Shown here: piece by piece, positions 52,065 through 64,000 of the stretch
Layout: each line of letters begins with the position of its first letter
How positions within the stretch are numbered: the first letter of the stretch is position 1
DNA from: Mytilus edulis
Lineage: Eukaryota
Reading direction: 5' to 3'
DNA length: 64,000 nt
Assembly (NCBI RefSeq): GCF_963676685.1
Contig: NC_092355.1
Location: 14,074,001-14,138,000, forward strand
Position numbers and translations under genes: made by a program
Notes under the pieces: generated by a model
The model's input: only the letters and a program-made list of their open reading frames with translations
What the model was told of the DNA's origin: nothing
Databases searched by the model: none

Positions 52065-54659
52065 GCTCGTGCTTGGTTTGTTGGCTTTTTTGACATATTC
52101 CCCATTTCCATTCTCAATTTCATTTGATGATATTGCATGTTTTTGAATAAACATGTTACATTATTGAATAATGTCATGTTAAGCATGTCCGTATGGTAGG
52201 TTCCTTCCCAACTTTGCCTCGATCACATAGATTATTGATGATGTGATACCTGCAGTCATTCCTAGCGAAACCATCTTGAAAACATTAAAAGCCACACACA
52301 TGGTCTACAACAATCGATTGAGGTCCAATATGTTCCGTAATGTTTTAATAATTTTTGCACATATCCTCATACCATGCAGCAGTTAGTATTCTTTAATGTA
52401 AAGGCCTTAGTGATTTAAACGCAGATGTGCAACCATCAGAATCTCTATTTGAATACTCATATGCAACAAGCTATGTTTTTTATATAGATATATATTAAAT
52501 ACTGGCAATATCTTATTACTTATCATCTGGATATTATCGACATATATTTATCTCATAATAACTAATGAACATCATTTACAGGGCAAGAAAACACGGGTTG
52601 ATACAATACGAAAAGTTTATGTGTATGTATTTTCAGTACAGAAAACAATATATAGAAAAAGTATCTTTTCAAACTTAATCAAATGAAACTGATATTAATC
52701 CTTAATATTAAATGCATATATAGCCTAAATCTATAAATCTACAACTTCAAACTTTTGATTCGAATCACAATTTAATACCTACATGAAAACCTAGGTTTAA
52801 GGTTGAACGAATAATTTCAGCAAACATTAAAACATTTTATCTTTCATGTTAGCGCCACACATTTTTTTTCATATTTCTTCCTATCTTTGCGTTATAACGG
52901 TAATATCTTGATTTCAATTATTCATTATGTTTTGTATACATGTGTGTCTGTCATTCATTTCGGTTGTGATTTACTAGTAGATAAAAAAGGAAACATACAT
53001 ACAAGGCCAAATCATTATGATAAATATGCATAGGAATAATTGAATACTTTAAGTGCTAAATTAAGACTGATTTGTGCATCAGAAAGTATATAATTTAACA
53101 AGAAAATAGATATATATATATATATATTAAACGAGATGTGGTATGATTGCAAATGAGACAACTCTCCACAAGAGACCAAAATGACACAGAAATAAACAAC
53201 TATAGGTCACCGTACGGCCTTCAAAAATGAGCAAAGTCCATACCGTATAGTTTAGTATAGTATATCGGCATGTTTGAATTGAAAGATCAAAAATAATGTC
53301 ATACAATTGTGAAACTTCCAAGTCAAATAAACAAAATGATCTTTCTGCTTTAAAATGAATAATTAATCAGGAAACTTTTTTTTTTTTTATTTGATGCAAG
53401 AAATCGTTTATTAAATCTCACAATATCATAAAGATTCTTCGATAGAAAGTCGTTGAATTTTCATTTGAATATAGTGAAGTATTTTTAAACTGCTTGGGTA
53501 GTAATTTAATGGAGAGAACATAATTGTATTAATAAAACATCTTCATTCTATACTTTTATTGCCAAAGGGTAACTTTTTTGAATCAAACCAACTTTACACA
53601 GTTCTCAAACTAGAACTTACAGTACTTTGGAAGTATATTTGTATTCGGTTATAGCTATATTAGCAGGGTTAAAAAAAAATTCTTCGGTATAACTCAATTT
53701 AATCAATTTTCTTTGTATTATATTTACTAGTAGTAACATGGATATCGTATGGGGGCCTTTTCAGATTGCTGTTCGGTGTGGGCCAATGCTCCTTGTTGAG
53801 GATTGTACTATGATGGTTTACTTTAACGAATAGTGACTTAGATGGAGAGTTTTCTTATTTGCACTCATACCACATCTTCTTATATGATTCTACTCATTAT
53901 TAGTCAATGATATGTTCTAATTATTCAAGCATTTTACTTTGCAATGACTACGAAGGGGATACATTTCAATATACACAGCCTCCTCCATTATATTAATAAC
54001 TGCTGTTTCCTTTGAATCTTAAATAAGAAAAAAGATAAAACAAACGTTTGCGTTAAAACGCAGAGATAGGAAGACAATTTTTTTTTAGATATGTGGCGCT
54101 AATACGCAAAGGTTTGCGTTATAAGGCAAAGATGAGAAGAAAAATAAAAAAAAAATATGTGGCGCTTATACGCTTCCGTACAGAAGTGTATTTGAAATAT
54201 GTTTTTTTTTTTTGTTTTTTTTTCAATAAGTTCATTTTAACTAATACGGCATCGTATCATCTTTGATTTTCAAATATTTGTGCTAATTTTATACGCACTT
54301 TATTCTGAATGTAATTCATGATTGTCGTTATGATTATTATAAATGTGTACACTCTTATATTCGATCGTTTTTACCATTTCTAATCGACCATGTTAGAATC
54401 CTGTGATATTAAATAGTTATCAGTTCATTTTTTTTTCAACTATTTTAACTAACGCATCATTTTTTAATATTTTGTGTTTAAATACTTGTGTCCTATTTGA
54501 TTTGCAATTTATTTTAAATATACTTAATGATTTCTGTTTAATATAAGCTGTACACTTTTTATACTCGATATAGTCCCCATCTCAACCTGTGCTTGTTAAA
54601 ATCCCATTTTGTTGATTAGTTAACATTTCATTCGCTCATATCTTTTATTCAATTTCCCC

Positions 54660-54812
54660 AACACGACTTTAATTAAAAATCTTAACAACCACAACACAAT
54701 CTCCGCCGATGTATTTTCCACTACCTATTCACCAACGCCGCCTCAATCACCACAGCAATCCTTTCCACAGCAACCATCTTTAAAGCAACAATCACAACAG
54801 CTATCAGAGAAA
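54660..54812 (-). pseudogene. Decayed extra copy of the Cys-rich tail and start of the 3' UTR of paralog 2
   Basis: Minus strand reads tgttgtgattgttgctttaaagatggttgctgtggaaaggattgctgtggtgattga...gttaagatttttaattaaagtcgtgtt and matches 47575-47748, with stops and indels. Confidence 0.8.
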
Positions 54813-54940
54813 TAGATTATCCTACAATAACATTTCTAATGTTCAAATTATTTTTGTAATCATACAAACATACAAACGACATATTCATTTTTTTTATCAT
54901 TCTATATTAAAATGTTTATCTCACATTTGATAAAACATAA

Positions 54941-57359
54941 CTATACTACAAAATAGCAACACCCACAACCACAATCTCCGCCAGTGTATTCTTCGGTTCC
55001 TGCACCACCAACTCCGCCTCCAGCACCACAACAATCATCTCCACAACAACCTTCATCAGCATCACCACCACAACCATCACCGACACCGTTATTAAAGTTT
55101 CCGCTTTCAAAATCCATAATATCTGTTATATCATAGCCGTATTTGTTGCTTTTTTTACACAAATCGTCGACAATGCGATCGATGTTCACACTGCCACTGT
55201 CACCAAAGTCGTTTAATTTCTGTTCATGGACAAATTCATTACAAACGATCTTTCATGAACTGTGAAGAATGATAAAACAAAACCTTGTTTTGCAATAGAA
55301 TTTTCGTTCGAATCTTTCTGTTTTATCATCCGGTATAGGTATTCAAAGTTTTCAGCAACACTTTAATCAAATCTACTTGTAGGTGCCTTTCTGCACAGAA
55401 AATCGTTAGACATGTACCATATACTTCTAGTACTCAGAAACTCTTTAAATCACGCCTCAAAATACCTTAATATTGAACACGACATGTGTAAGGTACGAAA
55501 CATTTCTAGAGCAATACATCGTCATGGAAGTAACGAATATGTTAAATGAAGCAAAACCAGCAGTGATATATCATGTTCTACGATTTAACATTAAAATAAA
55601 CTCATCATTAAACCTAGCTATATAGTATTACAATAATATGTTATCGAAAAAAAAAATTAAATTAAAATACAGTACGAAGTCGACGTCGAAGCTCCTTTAG
55701 GTATCAAAATTATTAAAAGATTGAAGTCATGAATAAAATGAACAACACTTTTGTTACTCTTTCTATTATTATTAGCTATTGAAAAGACATCTCCCATTAT
55801 TTTATTTGTTACAGATTACCTTACCCCTTCGAATGCCTAAATAGGTTCTTTCGTCTTTTTGCTTTATATGTTGACATTCAGGTTGGTCTGAAATTTATTT
55901 AGATTCATTTAAAATTGAAAACTGGATGTTTTTTTGTTTTTCAGTCGATTTTTGACTTTGAACAACTATATACTACTGTTGCCTTTATTAAGTACTGTAC
56001 ACACAGTGCTGAATTGTAACAAGATGGCCGAAATGAAAAAAACTATCTAAAAGACAAATGTTTCTCATAAAAAAATAAAACTCGAACTTCACAAAAAATT
56101 AGTAATTTAGACAGATCAAAACGCACCCACTTGATCTGTGAATTGTAATAATAAACTTATGTTAAACTTATGTTAAACTAATCCGAATTAGAACAGAGAA
56201 AGGTAAAAGGGAATTTGTCAAAGAGATTACAACCCGAGCAAAGAACAGAAAACGGACAAATATCACCGATGAGTCTTATAAAAGAAGCATTATAGAACAC
56301 GCAAAACAAGTAAAGGGTTTAACATATATTTTTATTCCAAAGGCGGTAGTTTCACCACAAGTCACCTCGATCTGATAGTCAATCATAAATACTTGAAGAC
56401 GGATTTTTTCAATCAGCCTAATTGGGGTAGAGACCTGGTATTTTAATAACTGTTGGTATAGTAGTCTTTTGTTGATTAATATTCTATTGTCATTTTGCTT
56501 CGATTCTTTAGTTATATTTTCTGACATTGGACTTCTTTTAAACTGCGTATTGGTGCGTGTTTCTTTATTCTACATGGTCTAGAGGTATAGGGGAGGTTAC
56601 GATATCACAAAACACGTTAAATCCGCCGCATTTCTGTGCCTGTACCAAGCCAGGAACCTCTGGCCTGTGTGAGTCTTGTTTAATTTTTGATTTTTTTTCA
56701 TTTATATGTTTTACGATTTTGTATAACAAGAGACGATGTAATCAGAAAAGTAAAGTTTCCAAATTATTAAGGAATAGCGTCACAAAAATGATCCAAAGAC
56801 AATGAAATAGGTTTCTAACAAAATCTGAGTCATTCCTGGTGTAACGTACAAGGTCCTTGATAATCTACTCTTTATAAATTATCATAAATCGTTTGTCGTC
56901 ATTAAAAGCTAATGTCTGTAAGTCAGGAACATGGCTTGCTATTAGAGAACGATTACATGCAGTTTTCTACTCATTAAGAATATATTAGCTCCAACATGTT
57001 CATTATGTATTTATAATTGTCTTGTTGATGTGTCATGTACATTTGCTGTACATGATTTTTTTTAATTACGAGAACGGTCTTTTATCTTTTAAAATAATTC
57101 AATTTTTAGTTAAATATTACGTATAAAGTTATTCAGACTTACACCGTACAACATTAACTGTTGGGTATAAGTTAACCTGGTCACCATTACTTGATTCAGG
57201 AGCAATCTCTTGTCTAACCTGGTTACCGTTGTTTAAATACTGAGTATTCTCTGGTGTAACCTGAGTACCATTGCTTTGATGGTGAGGGTCCTCTGGTCTA
57301 ACCTGATTTCCATTAACTGAATGGCGAGGATGCTCTGGTCTTGAAGGAGGACAAGGCAG
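54941..57359 (-). pseudogene. Inverted partial paralog 3 (exons 6-8 only; exon 8 acceptor deleted)
   Basis: Exon 6 at 57359-57143 (open, 217 nt). Exon 7 at 55887-55825 (YQPECQHIKQKDERTYLGIRRG). Exon 8 remnant at about 55213-54941 lacks about 200 bp, including the acceptor, the hydrophobic segment and the GW tract. Introns align to paralog 2, and homology stops at about 57417. Confidence 0.85.
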
Positions 57360-58800
57360 CTACAACAGTTCAAGGTCAAAGTCAAAGGCGAAAGGGCAAC
57401 TTTTCAACTATATATATGTCGGAATCAGAACCGCGATGATACTCCGAACCGCGATGATCACGCTGAAGTGCGATGGTAACATTGTGACGTAAAAGCAAAA
57501 TGCACATGGGCTGTTGTAATAAAACAACACCATTAAAATATGGCTGCTAGCCTCTTATATGGATGATGTTTTAACTTCTGTTTAGATCAAACCAAAGACT
57601 TTAATTTTTGTTTGAATCCAATTTTCTAAGTCTTAAATTATTCTTTTAGCACGCAAGAGTATGGAATAAGGTGTTCAAAGGAGAAAGTAAAGAAAGATTC
57701 AGCGTGTAGGTCTTTATATTAGTACTAAGAAGTGTCCATCTCATTTACCTAAATATTATGATAAAACTTAGTAATTGCTCACATTCTTCTATAATTTATG
57801 TAATTTAATATGGTTGAGAGCAACATAAAAGTCAACAAAAGAAAGTCGGGCACCGGTCTTAAAATCGCATTTACCTTAACCTTCATCTGAATAGGGGAAA
57901 TGTGGGGTGAGTCGATATAAGACCACAGTCTACTGACATAAAACACTTAAAGATGAATGTGAACATCCAGGCTAATATAAAACCTTCATTCTGTACATGT
58001 ACTATATGTGAATTTTAATATGTTAAGCTCTTTTGATATATTAATAATTGGGTATGATTGTAAATGAGACAACTATCCACAAGTAACTAAATTAGTAAAT
58101 GTAAGCTACAATGTGTGATCAAAAAGTCTTCAACAACGAGGGAAATCCAACACTGAGCATTAATTCAAAGATAAAAAGGTCATGACACGACCTAGAGGAT
58201 ATGCTGTAACTGATACATTTTATTGAAGACGAAACGCGCGTGGCATGGCATAACTTTGGCCCAAAAATGGATGGTAAAAGTCAGTTATATATATGATTTG
58301 ATGTTACTATCATATTTGTCTACCTGGTTATTTAACACAATTTTGAAATGTGACCTTGCAGGAGGCCCTCTACCCTCATTAACAAAAGCAGTAGTGCGAA
58401 AAGAGGTTTATTTGTGATAATTAGAAATATCTGATATAGGAGTAAATAAAAGTTTGTTATTAGTAGAAGACAGTTTCCCAATAAACATAAAAACCTATAG
58501 CATGTATAGTGAACCACCGAATTGAAATATAAAGAACTTTGATTTACGTTATATATATAGATTCCTACACTGCAACAAGTGTATTACGATATTTATCCAC
58601 TAGAGACAGTTAAATTTTATTATTTAAAGCGCGAGGCTTGCCGAGTTATAGTGTCGGAATCAACAAATTGCAGAAACTTGTGTTCTTTCAATGCGACGTA
58701 ATCAGGCCTTTTTCATGATGTCACTATAGGAATATTCAGGAGAAAACAAAACACTTTGGCGTCATAATAAAATTTGAACTAATCATTTGCCGAGAACAGA

Positions 58801-59289
58801 TTTTCACTAGTGAGAAGAAATGTTTTTCTCACACCGATCAAGAAATGTGAAAATAGCACAAAAAATAGAGAAAATGTTATCTAATATACTTCATATGGCG
58901 TATAACGATATTGTAATTAGAATGACTGTGTATAGTGAACAGGAAAAGATTGTAGTAGCAATTAAGGCATTTTCACTAGTGAGAAGAAATGTTTTTCTCA
59001 CACCGATCAAGAAATGTGAAAATAGCACAAAAAATAGAGAAAATGTTATCTAATATACTTCATATGGCGTATAACGATATTGTAATTAGAATGACTTGTA
59101 GATTGTAGTAGCAATTAAGGCATTTTCACTAGTGAGAAGAAATGTTTTTCTCACACCGATCAAGAAATGTGAAAATAGCACAAAAAATAGAGAAAATGTT
59201 ATCTAATATACTTCATATGGCGTATAACGATATTGTAATTAGAATGACTGTGTATAGTGAACAGGAAAAGATTGTAGTAGCAATTAAGG
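58801..59289. repeat. Recent tandem triplication of a 169-bp unit
   Basis: Units start at 58801, 58970 and 59123. They are near-identical, and the middle copy is 16 bp shorter. Confidence 0.95.
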
Positions 59290-60429
59290 AGTTTAGTTGT
59301 ATCACACTTAATAATATGGAGGGGGGTTGACTGATCTTGGTCTACCCTAAGATGTAATAGATATATTTAGGTATTTCCGTAGAAAGAAAAACATATGCAT
59401 TTTTTAAGGGTTAGTCGTGTTTTCGTCCTTTTTGTTTATTTCAATAAATCGTTGTCAAAGCCTATCCCAGCACACCAACTCTATAGATCATAAGGTGTTT
59501 CGAACATCTATTTAAACCAATAAGATCACTAATTGGCCATGACCATGTCAATAGTCAGGAGCCCAAGCCATTGTATAGTGACTCTTATTATAAACATACT
59601 GTATTTTTTATCTGACATTGTCGGTTTGATTTAGACTTTATCAATTTGAATATCCCTTTTGGTATATTTTTCCACTCCTGCTAATTCCGATTTCAATGTG
59701 TTGTATAATTGTTCAATGGGTCGAGTGTGACTAGTTTTTATGCCAAAGATAATTATGTTGACAGCTGCATTATGATAAAATACAAAACATTAAAGACACT
59801 CTGTAATAATGCTATGAATCGCCTGATCAGGTATTAATATATTTTGTATATCTATCATTACTTTAATTTTAATTTTATGATTGTATTTGTATGGGCTGTT
59901 TGTATTGTGTGTGTTGAGGACTTACCACGTATGAAAGCAGCACATCCTACAAAGGCGAATGACGTAAGAACAATGGCAGAAAATAATTTTATCTTTAATC
60001 TCTAATTCTTGAAGCATTCTTCCCGATTAATTCTTAAAAATGACTAGCATTAAAACAGGTAAACCTTTCTGATGTTTCAGCCCACTTACACACACTTCAA
60101 AATTCATCTCGACCTCGTTAAAGGAAAAATATATAGAATTTATGTATGATGCCTTATTGCGCTACATGTATATATACAAATTACATATCGTGTGCATTGT
60201 CGGAAATATAAAAAAAAATTGTACTAGCTTTCGAAAAGGACAAAAATTGAGTCTTGCCTGTCTTTTCCCTAGATTCATAACGAGTATAAATAAATTTCAA
60301 ATTCAGACAATTTTTGAGAAAGGAGGCGCATTATGTATTGAAACTGCTCTTACATAAGTCTTTTAACTGCTTCTTAAATCACAATGTGTAACTTAAATTT
60401 GTGTCTGCATTTTTTTCAATCCTTTTTCA

Positions 60430-61010
60430 TTGTCAAGCATGCAACTTTTGTCGCAGAAAGCTCGACATAGGGATAGTGATCCGGCGGCGGCGGCGTTAGC
60501 TAACTTCTTAAAAGCTTTATATTTTAGAAGGCGGAAGACCTGGATGCTTCATACTTTGTGTATAGATGCCTCATGTTACGAAGTTTCCGTCAGTCACATG
60601 TCCAATTACCTTGACCTCATTTTAATGGTTTAGTGACTACTTGAAAAAAAAATGTTGTAATGTTAAATTCTCTCTTGTTATAAGTAATAGGATAACTATA
60701 TATTTGGTATGTGCGTACCTTGCAAGGTCCACATGCCCGTCAAACAGTTTTCACTTGACCTCGACCTCATTTCCTGGATCAGTGAACAAGGTTAAGTTTT
60801 GGTGGTCCATATCTCAGATACTATAAGTTATAGGTCTAGTATATTCGGTGTATAGAAGGACTATATGGTGTACATATCCAACTGGTAGATATCATCTGAC
60901 CTTGACCTCATTTTCATCGGTCAGTGGTTATAGTTAAATTTGTGTGTTTTGGTCTGTTTTTCTTATACTGTATGCAATAGGTCTACTATATTTGGTGTAT
61001 GGAATGATCT
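60430..61010 (+). mobile_element. Helentron-associated (HINE/pearl-like) non-autonomous element fragment
   Basis: A short inverted segment (cttttgtcgcagaaag) and a (GGC)n microsatellite precede degenerate core repeats carrying gaccttgacctcatttt...agtga. This is the layout of bivalve pearl/HINE elements. Confidence 0.6.
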
Positions 61011-61214
61011 TTTTTTAGTAATAGTTTTTCATATCATGCTACTCGCTTGTGATGGAAACATATCGCTAGAAACTAAGGAGCCACGTGGCGTTGCTAATAA
61101 AATTGACATGAAATTGACAGCTTCGTCCCGGCTCAAGCGAAAAAATCGATCTCGTTGAGATGATCAACGATAATCTATAATCCTCGACTAGATTGACACT
61201 GGAAATGGCTTTAA

Positions 61215-61598
61215 GGATGTTCACTTCTCAAGTAACAAGCTTTTTAAAAGATTGTTATACATTGATAATGTATGGATAAAGGAACTAAATAAGCATAAAT
61301 AATAAAAAATAAAGGGTTAGTGCGCTTGCTTTTGAGATATAAGCCATTTAAAATTCGCGGGAAATAGCTCTCTTTAGACTTTTTATACATTTAACATTGG
61401 CACCTTTTTTCCTCAAAAACTATAAAAGAAATAACAAGGATTTTATAATATTTCCAAATATGACTATTGCAACTATATATAATATAATTATGAAAACAAA
61501 AGTAGGAGTTACCGGGAAAAATTGAATGGCACTACATGGTTAGACCAGAGGATTCCGAATATCTGGAAATAATTCAAAATCAAGAGGAGTGAACTTCC
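61215..61598. mobile_element. Kolobok-like non-autonomous element
   Basis: TTAA|ggatgttcacttctc ... gaggagtgaacttcc|TTAA. Confidence 0.7.
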
Positions 61599-63732
61599 TT
61601 AAAATATTTACTGTTCAGTCTTTTGAGAACTGTTCAGACTAAAATGACCGTTTAAGACAAAAATTGGTTTACAAATGTTCTAAGACAGACATTAACTTTT
61701 CAACAGTCTAATATCTTAAGAATACTTCGTATGGTAATGAAATTACCTACGCATGAAGGCAAAGCGTTGTTATGCAGGACATGAAATTAAACATAAGAAA
61801 ATAGTAAAATAACAACTCCAATGGAGATTCAAAACAGAAAGTCTTTTATAAAATTGCAAAATCAAAAGCTCAAACACAAATACTGTTGCCTGTTATTAAG
61901 ACATTTATATTTTTAGTATATCCAGTTTATGTAGAAAAACAAGAAAAGCAAATAATTAGTTGTGTTTAAAACTATAAAATAAAATTGAGAATGGAAATTG
62001 GGAATGTGTCAAAGAGACAACAACCCGACCAAAAAAAAACAACAGCAGAGTGTCACTAACAGGTCTTCAATGTAGCGAGAAATTCCCGCACCCGGAGGCG
62101 TCCTTCAGCTGGCCCCTAAACAAATATATACTAGTCCAGTGAATATAAACATTGAAATTGATAGTAATCAAAAGATTAAATGTTCCAAATGGTATGATTT
62201 AGCAACCACAGTATTAAAGTAACTTGTTTAAAGAAATCTTCCAAGTCAGATGAAAATATTTCAATGACGATTCATAAACATGTGCGCTTTATGCATATTA
62301 TTACCTTTTGATTTTTGATTTTTGATTTTTTAATTGTTTTCACCAATTCCTAATCGTTTACATGAGATCGTAATTAAATGAGAGTTTATTTCTGAACAGT
62401 TTAAATTATATGCCCAGGTTACATTTAAAAAAAAAACTATGATTCCAAAAAGTCATTGGGTGAGCAAGGGTAATAACTTTGATATATGATTACAAGTATC
62501 ATACGTGTGTTTGATATGGGTTATATTTAAGTACTGCAATAAACTTGTGCATTAATAGTTGTATGTCCTATTAAATATGATTAGGAGGAAGCATTTACCT
62601 CTTGGAGTGGGGGTAGATTTGTTAAATCAACACGAAAAAAGTTTGCACGAAGATTAAAAAGAAAATAACGTTTTAAAAGATCAAACAAAATAAAATATAT
62701 ATATGATGTGAATGGCAACACGTGTTATCAAATGTCACCTGCTAATAAACTCATCAAAGATACCATAATTCAAATTCTGTATATGCGTCAGACGCGCGTT
62801 ACGTCTACAAAAGACTCGGCAAATATGCTCGAATAAAAAAACTTAAAGAGACCAAATATAGTACGAAGTTGAAGAGCATTGAAGACCAAACGTTTCTAAC
62901 AGTTTTACCAAGTTCTGCTAAGGTTATCTATTTCTGAGGTAGAAATGCCTTAGTATTTAAAAAATCAAAGTTTTGTAAACAGTTAATTTATAAAGTGAGT
63001 ATACTTAAGAAATAAAAGGATGGAAACTATTCAGAGTTGATACACATACTGAAATATACCTTTTGTCATATGCTCATTTGGACGATTCGTGACGCGTCAG
63101 TACTTTATTGCTTGATACCAAAGTCAGCCTGCGATTCAGTGGTCATGAAATCTGTATAGCTATGATATTTTGAACATATCGTCATTTAACACCATTATTG
63201 TCACTTAAACTTTCTTTTTTTAACCCTGGATCTGCCTCTGAATAAGGTTATAAGTCAAAAGAATAAAAATAAATATACAACCAAAGATCAGTCGGGGAGG
63301 GACCATCTAAGGGGGATTCATTTGATTATAGTGTTGGTATTCGAATTGAATGTCCCTACTTAAGAATAGTTCTTGCAACAAATTACTAGAAAGGTTACCT
63401 TATTCAGGTTACAGAACTTTTACACGTGTGAGTTTAGGCACGGTTTTTTTAAGCAACGTGGTTTTGTCAAATTCCTTTTTTATTTCAGTAATTTGTTTTT
63501 TTAAATGATCTGGAACTTCATGTGTTATTAGTTTTCTTGTTCGAAAAATGGAAAATCCTTATTTTCAGTAAACAAACATTTAACATCAATGACACGGGGA
63601 AAAGTCTCATCAAATTAATATAATGATTTAGCTATTAATATGCATTGGATAATAGTAATTTTGTAAGGGTCATTAAAACAAATAATATGTTTTTCTTTAT
63701 ATCTTTATTTCATTTATAGTCCTTAGAATATA

Positions 63733-64000
63733 TCACTCAGATATATATACTGCTGAAAAATAGGAAAAATAATCACCATTTATTTGTTGTGAACCATAGC
63801 TTTTCACAGAAACATTATCTCCTTTTTTAAGTTCTAGCACGGGATTTGCAGTTTCCGATCCGCCATGGAGCCTTGGACCATACAAGTACAAGATATTACT
63901 TCCATTTTTAGCTATGTAACAAATTAGTTCACCTCCACCTTGTGACATGATTGTTGCTGATATTTGATAAAGTCCTTTCTTTTTTGCTGTAAATATTCCT
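63733..64000 (-). CDS. C1q domain-containing protein, 3' part of the last exon (gene continues beyond the window)
   Basis: GIFTAKKKGLYQISATIMS...IAKNG...SETANPVLELKKGDNVSVK...INGDYFSYFSAVYISE* contains the gC1q motifs GxFT..GxY, LxLxxGDxVxV and SxFS. Confidence 0.92.
   Translation of the reverse strand, partial: GIFTAKKKGLYQISATIMSQGGGELICYIAKNGSNILYLYGPRLHGGSETANPVLELKKGDNVSVKSYGSQQINGDYFSYFSAVYISE

Noticed and set aside
57418-58665. Repeated tgtcggaatca at about 57417 and 58652 as possible LTR starts
   Set aside because: The match is only about 11 bp with no extended direct repeat, PBS or PPT.
58820-59330. Two nearly identical 62-77 aa ORFs
   Set aside because: By-product of the 169-bp triplication, with no coding signal.

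Overview
AT-rich, intron-containing, repeat-dense animal DNA, most likely from a bivalve such as Mytilus (inferred from the C1q-domain exon and the repeat types). The ORF track shows only fragments. Splicing by hand recovers a cluster of PH-domain genes resembling evectin/PLEKHB. Paralog 1 (7030-20888, +, 8 coding exons, 316 aa) and paralog 2 (37158-47726, +, 8 coding exons, 360 aa) are intact and share every intron phase. An inverted 3'-half relic lies at about 54.7-57.4 kb (-), and an upstream-only duplicate at about 49.6-54.65 kb. The intact paralogs share an N-terminal MxCC, the PH domain, a Pro-rich linker, a Gly-rich hydrophobic segment and a (GW)n tract, but their tails differ sharply: (GGGGC)n in paralog 1 and a metallothionein-like (xxDCC)n Cys/Asp domain in paralog 2. 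Between them is a probable orphan secreted-protein gene (- strand, 27227-23863) whose start codon reads TTG. A C1q-domain terminal exon runs off the right edge. Mobile DNA includes LINE fragments, an Academ-type (XPG + CXC) relic, a CACTA-like element nested inverted inside a copy of itself, hAT- and Kolobok-like non-autonomous elements, a tRNA-derived SINE, a Helentron-like element and several tandem arrays. All gene models are manual and have no transcript support.
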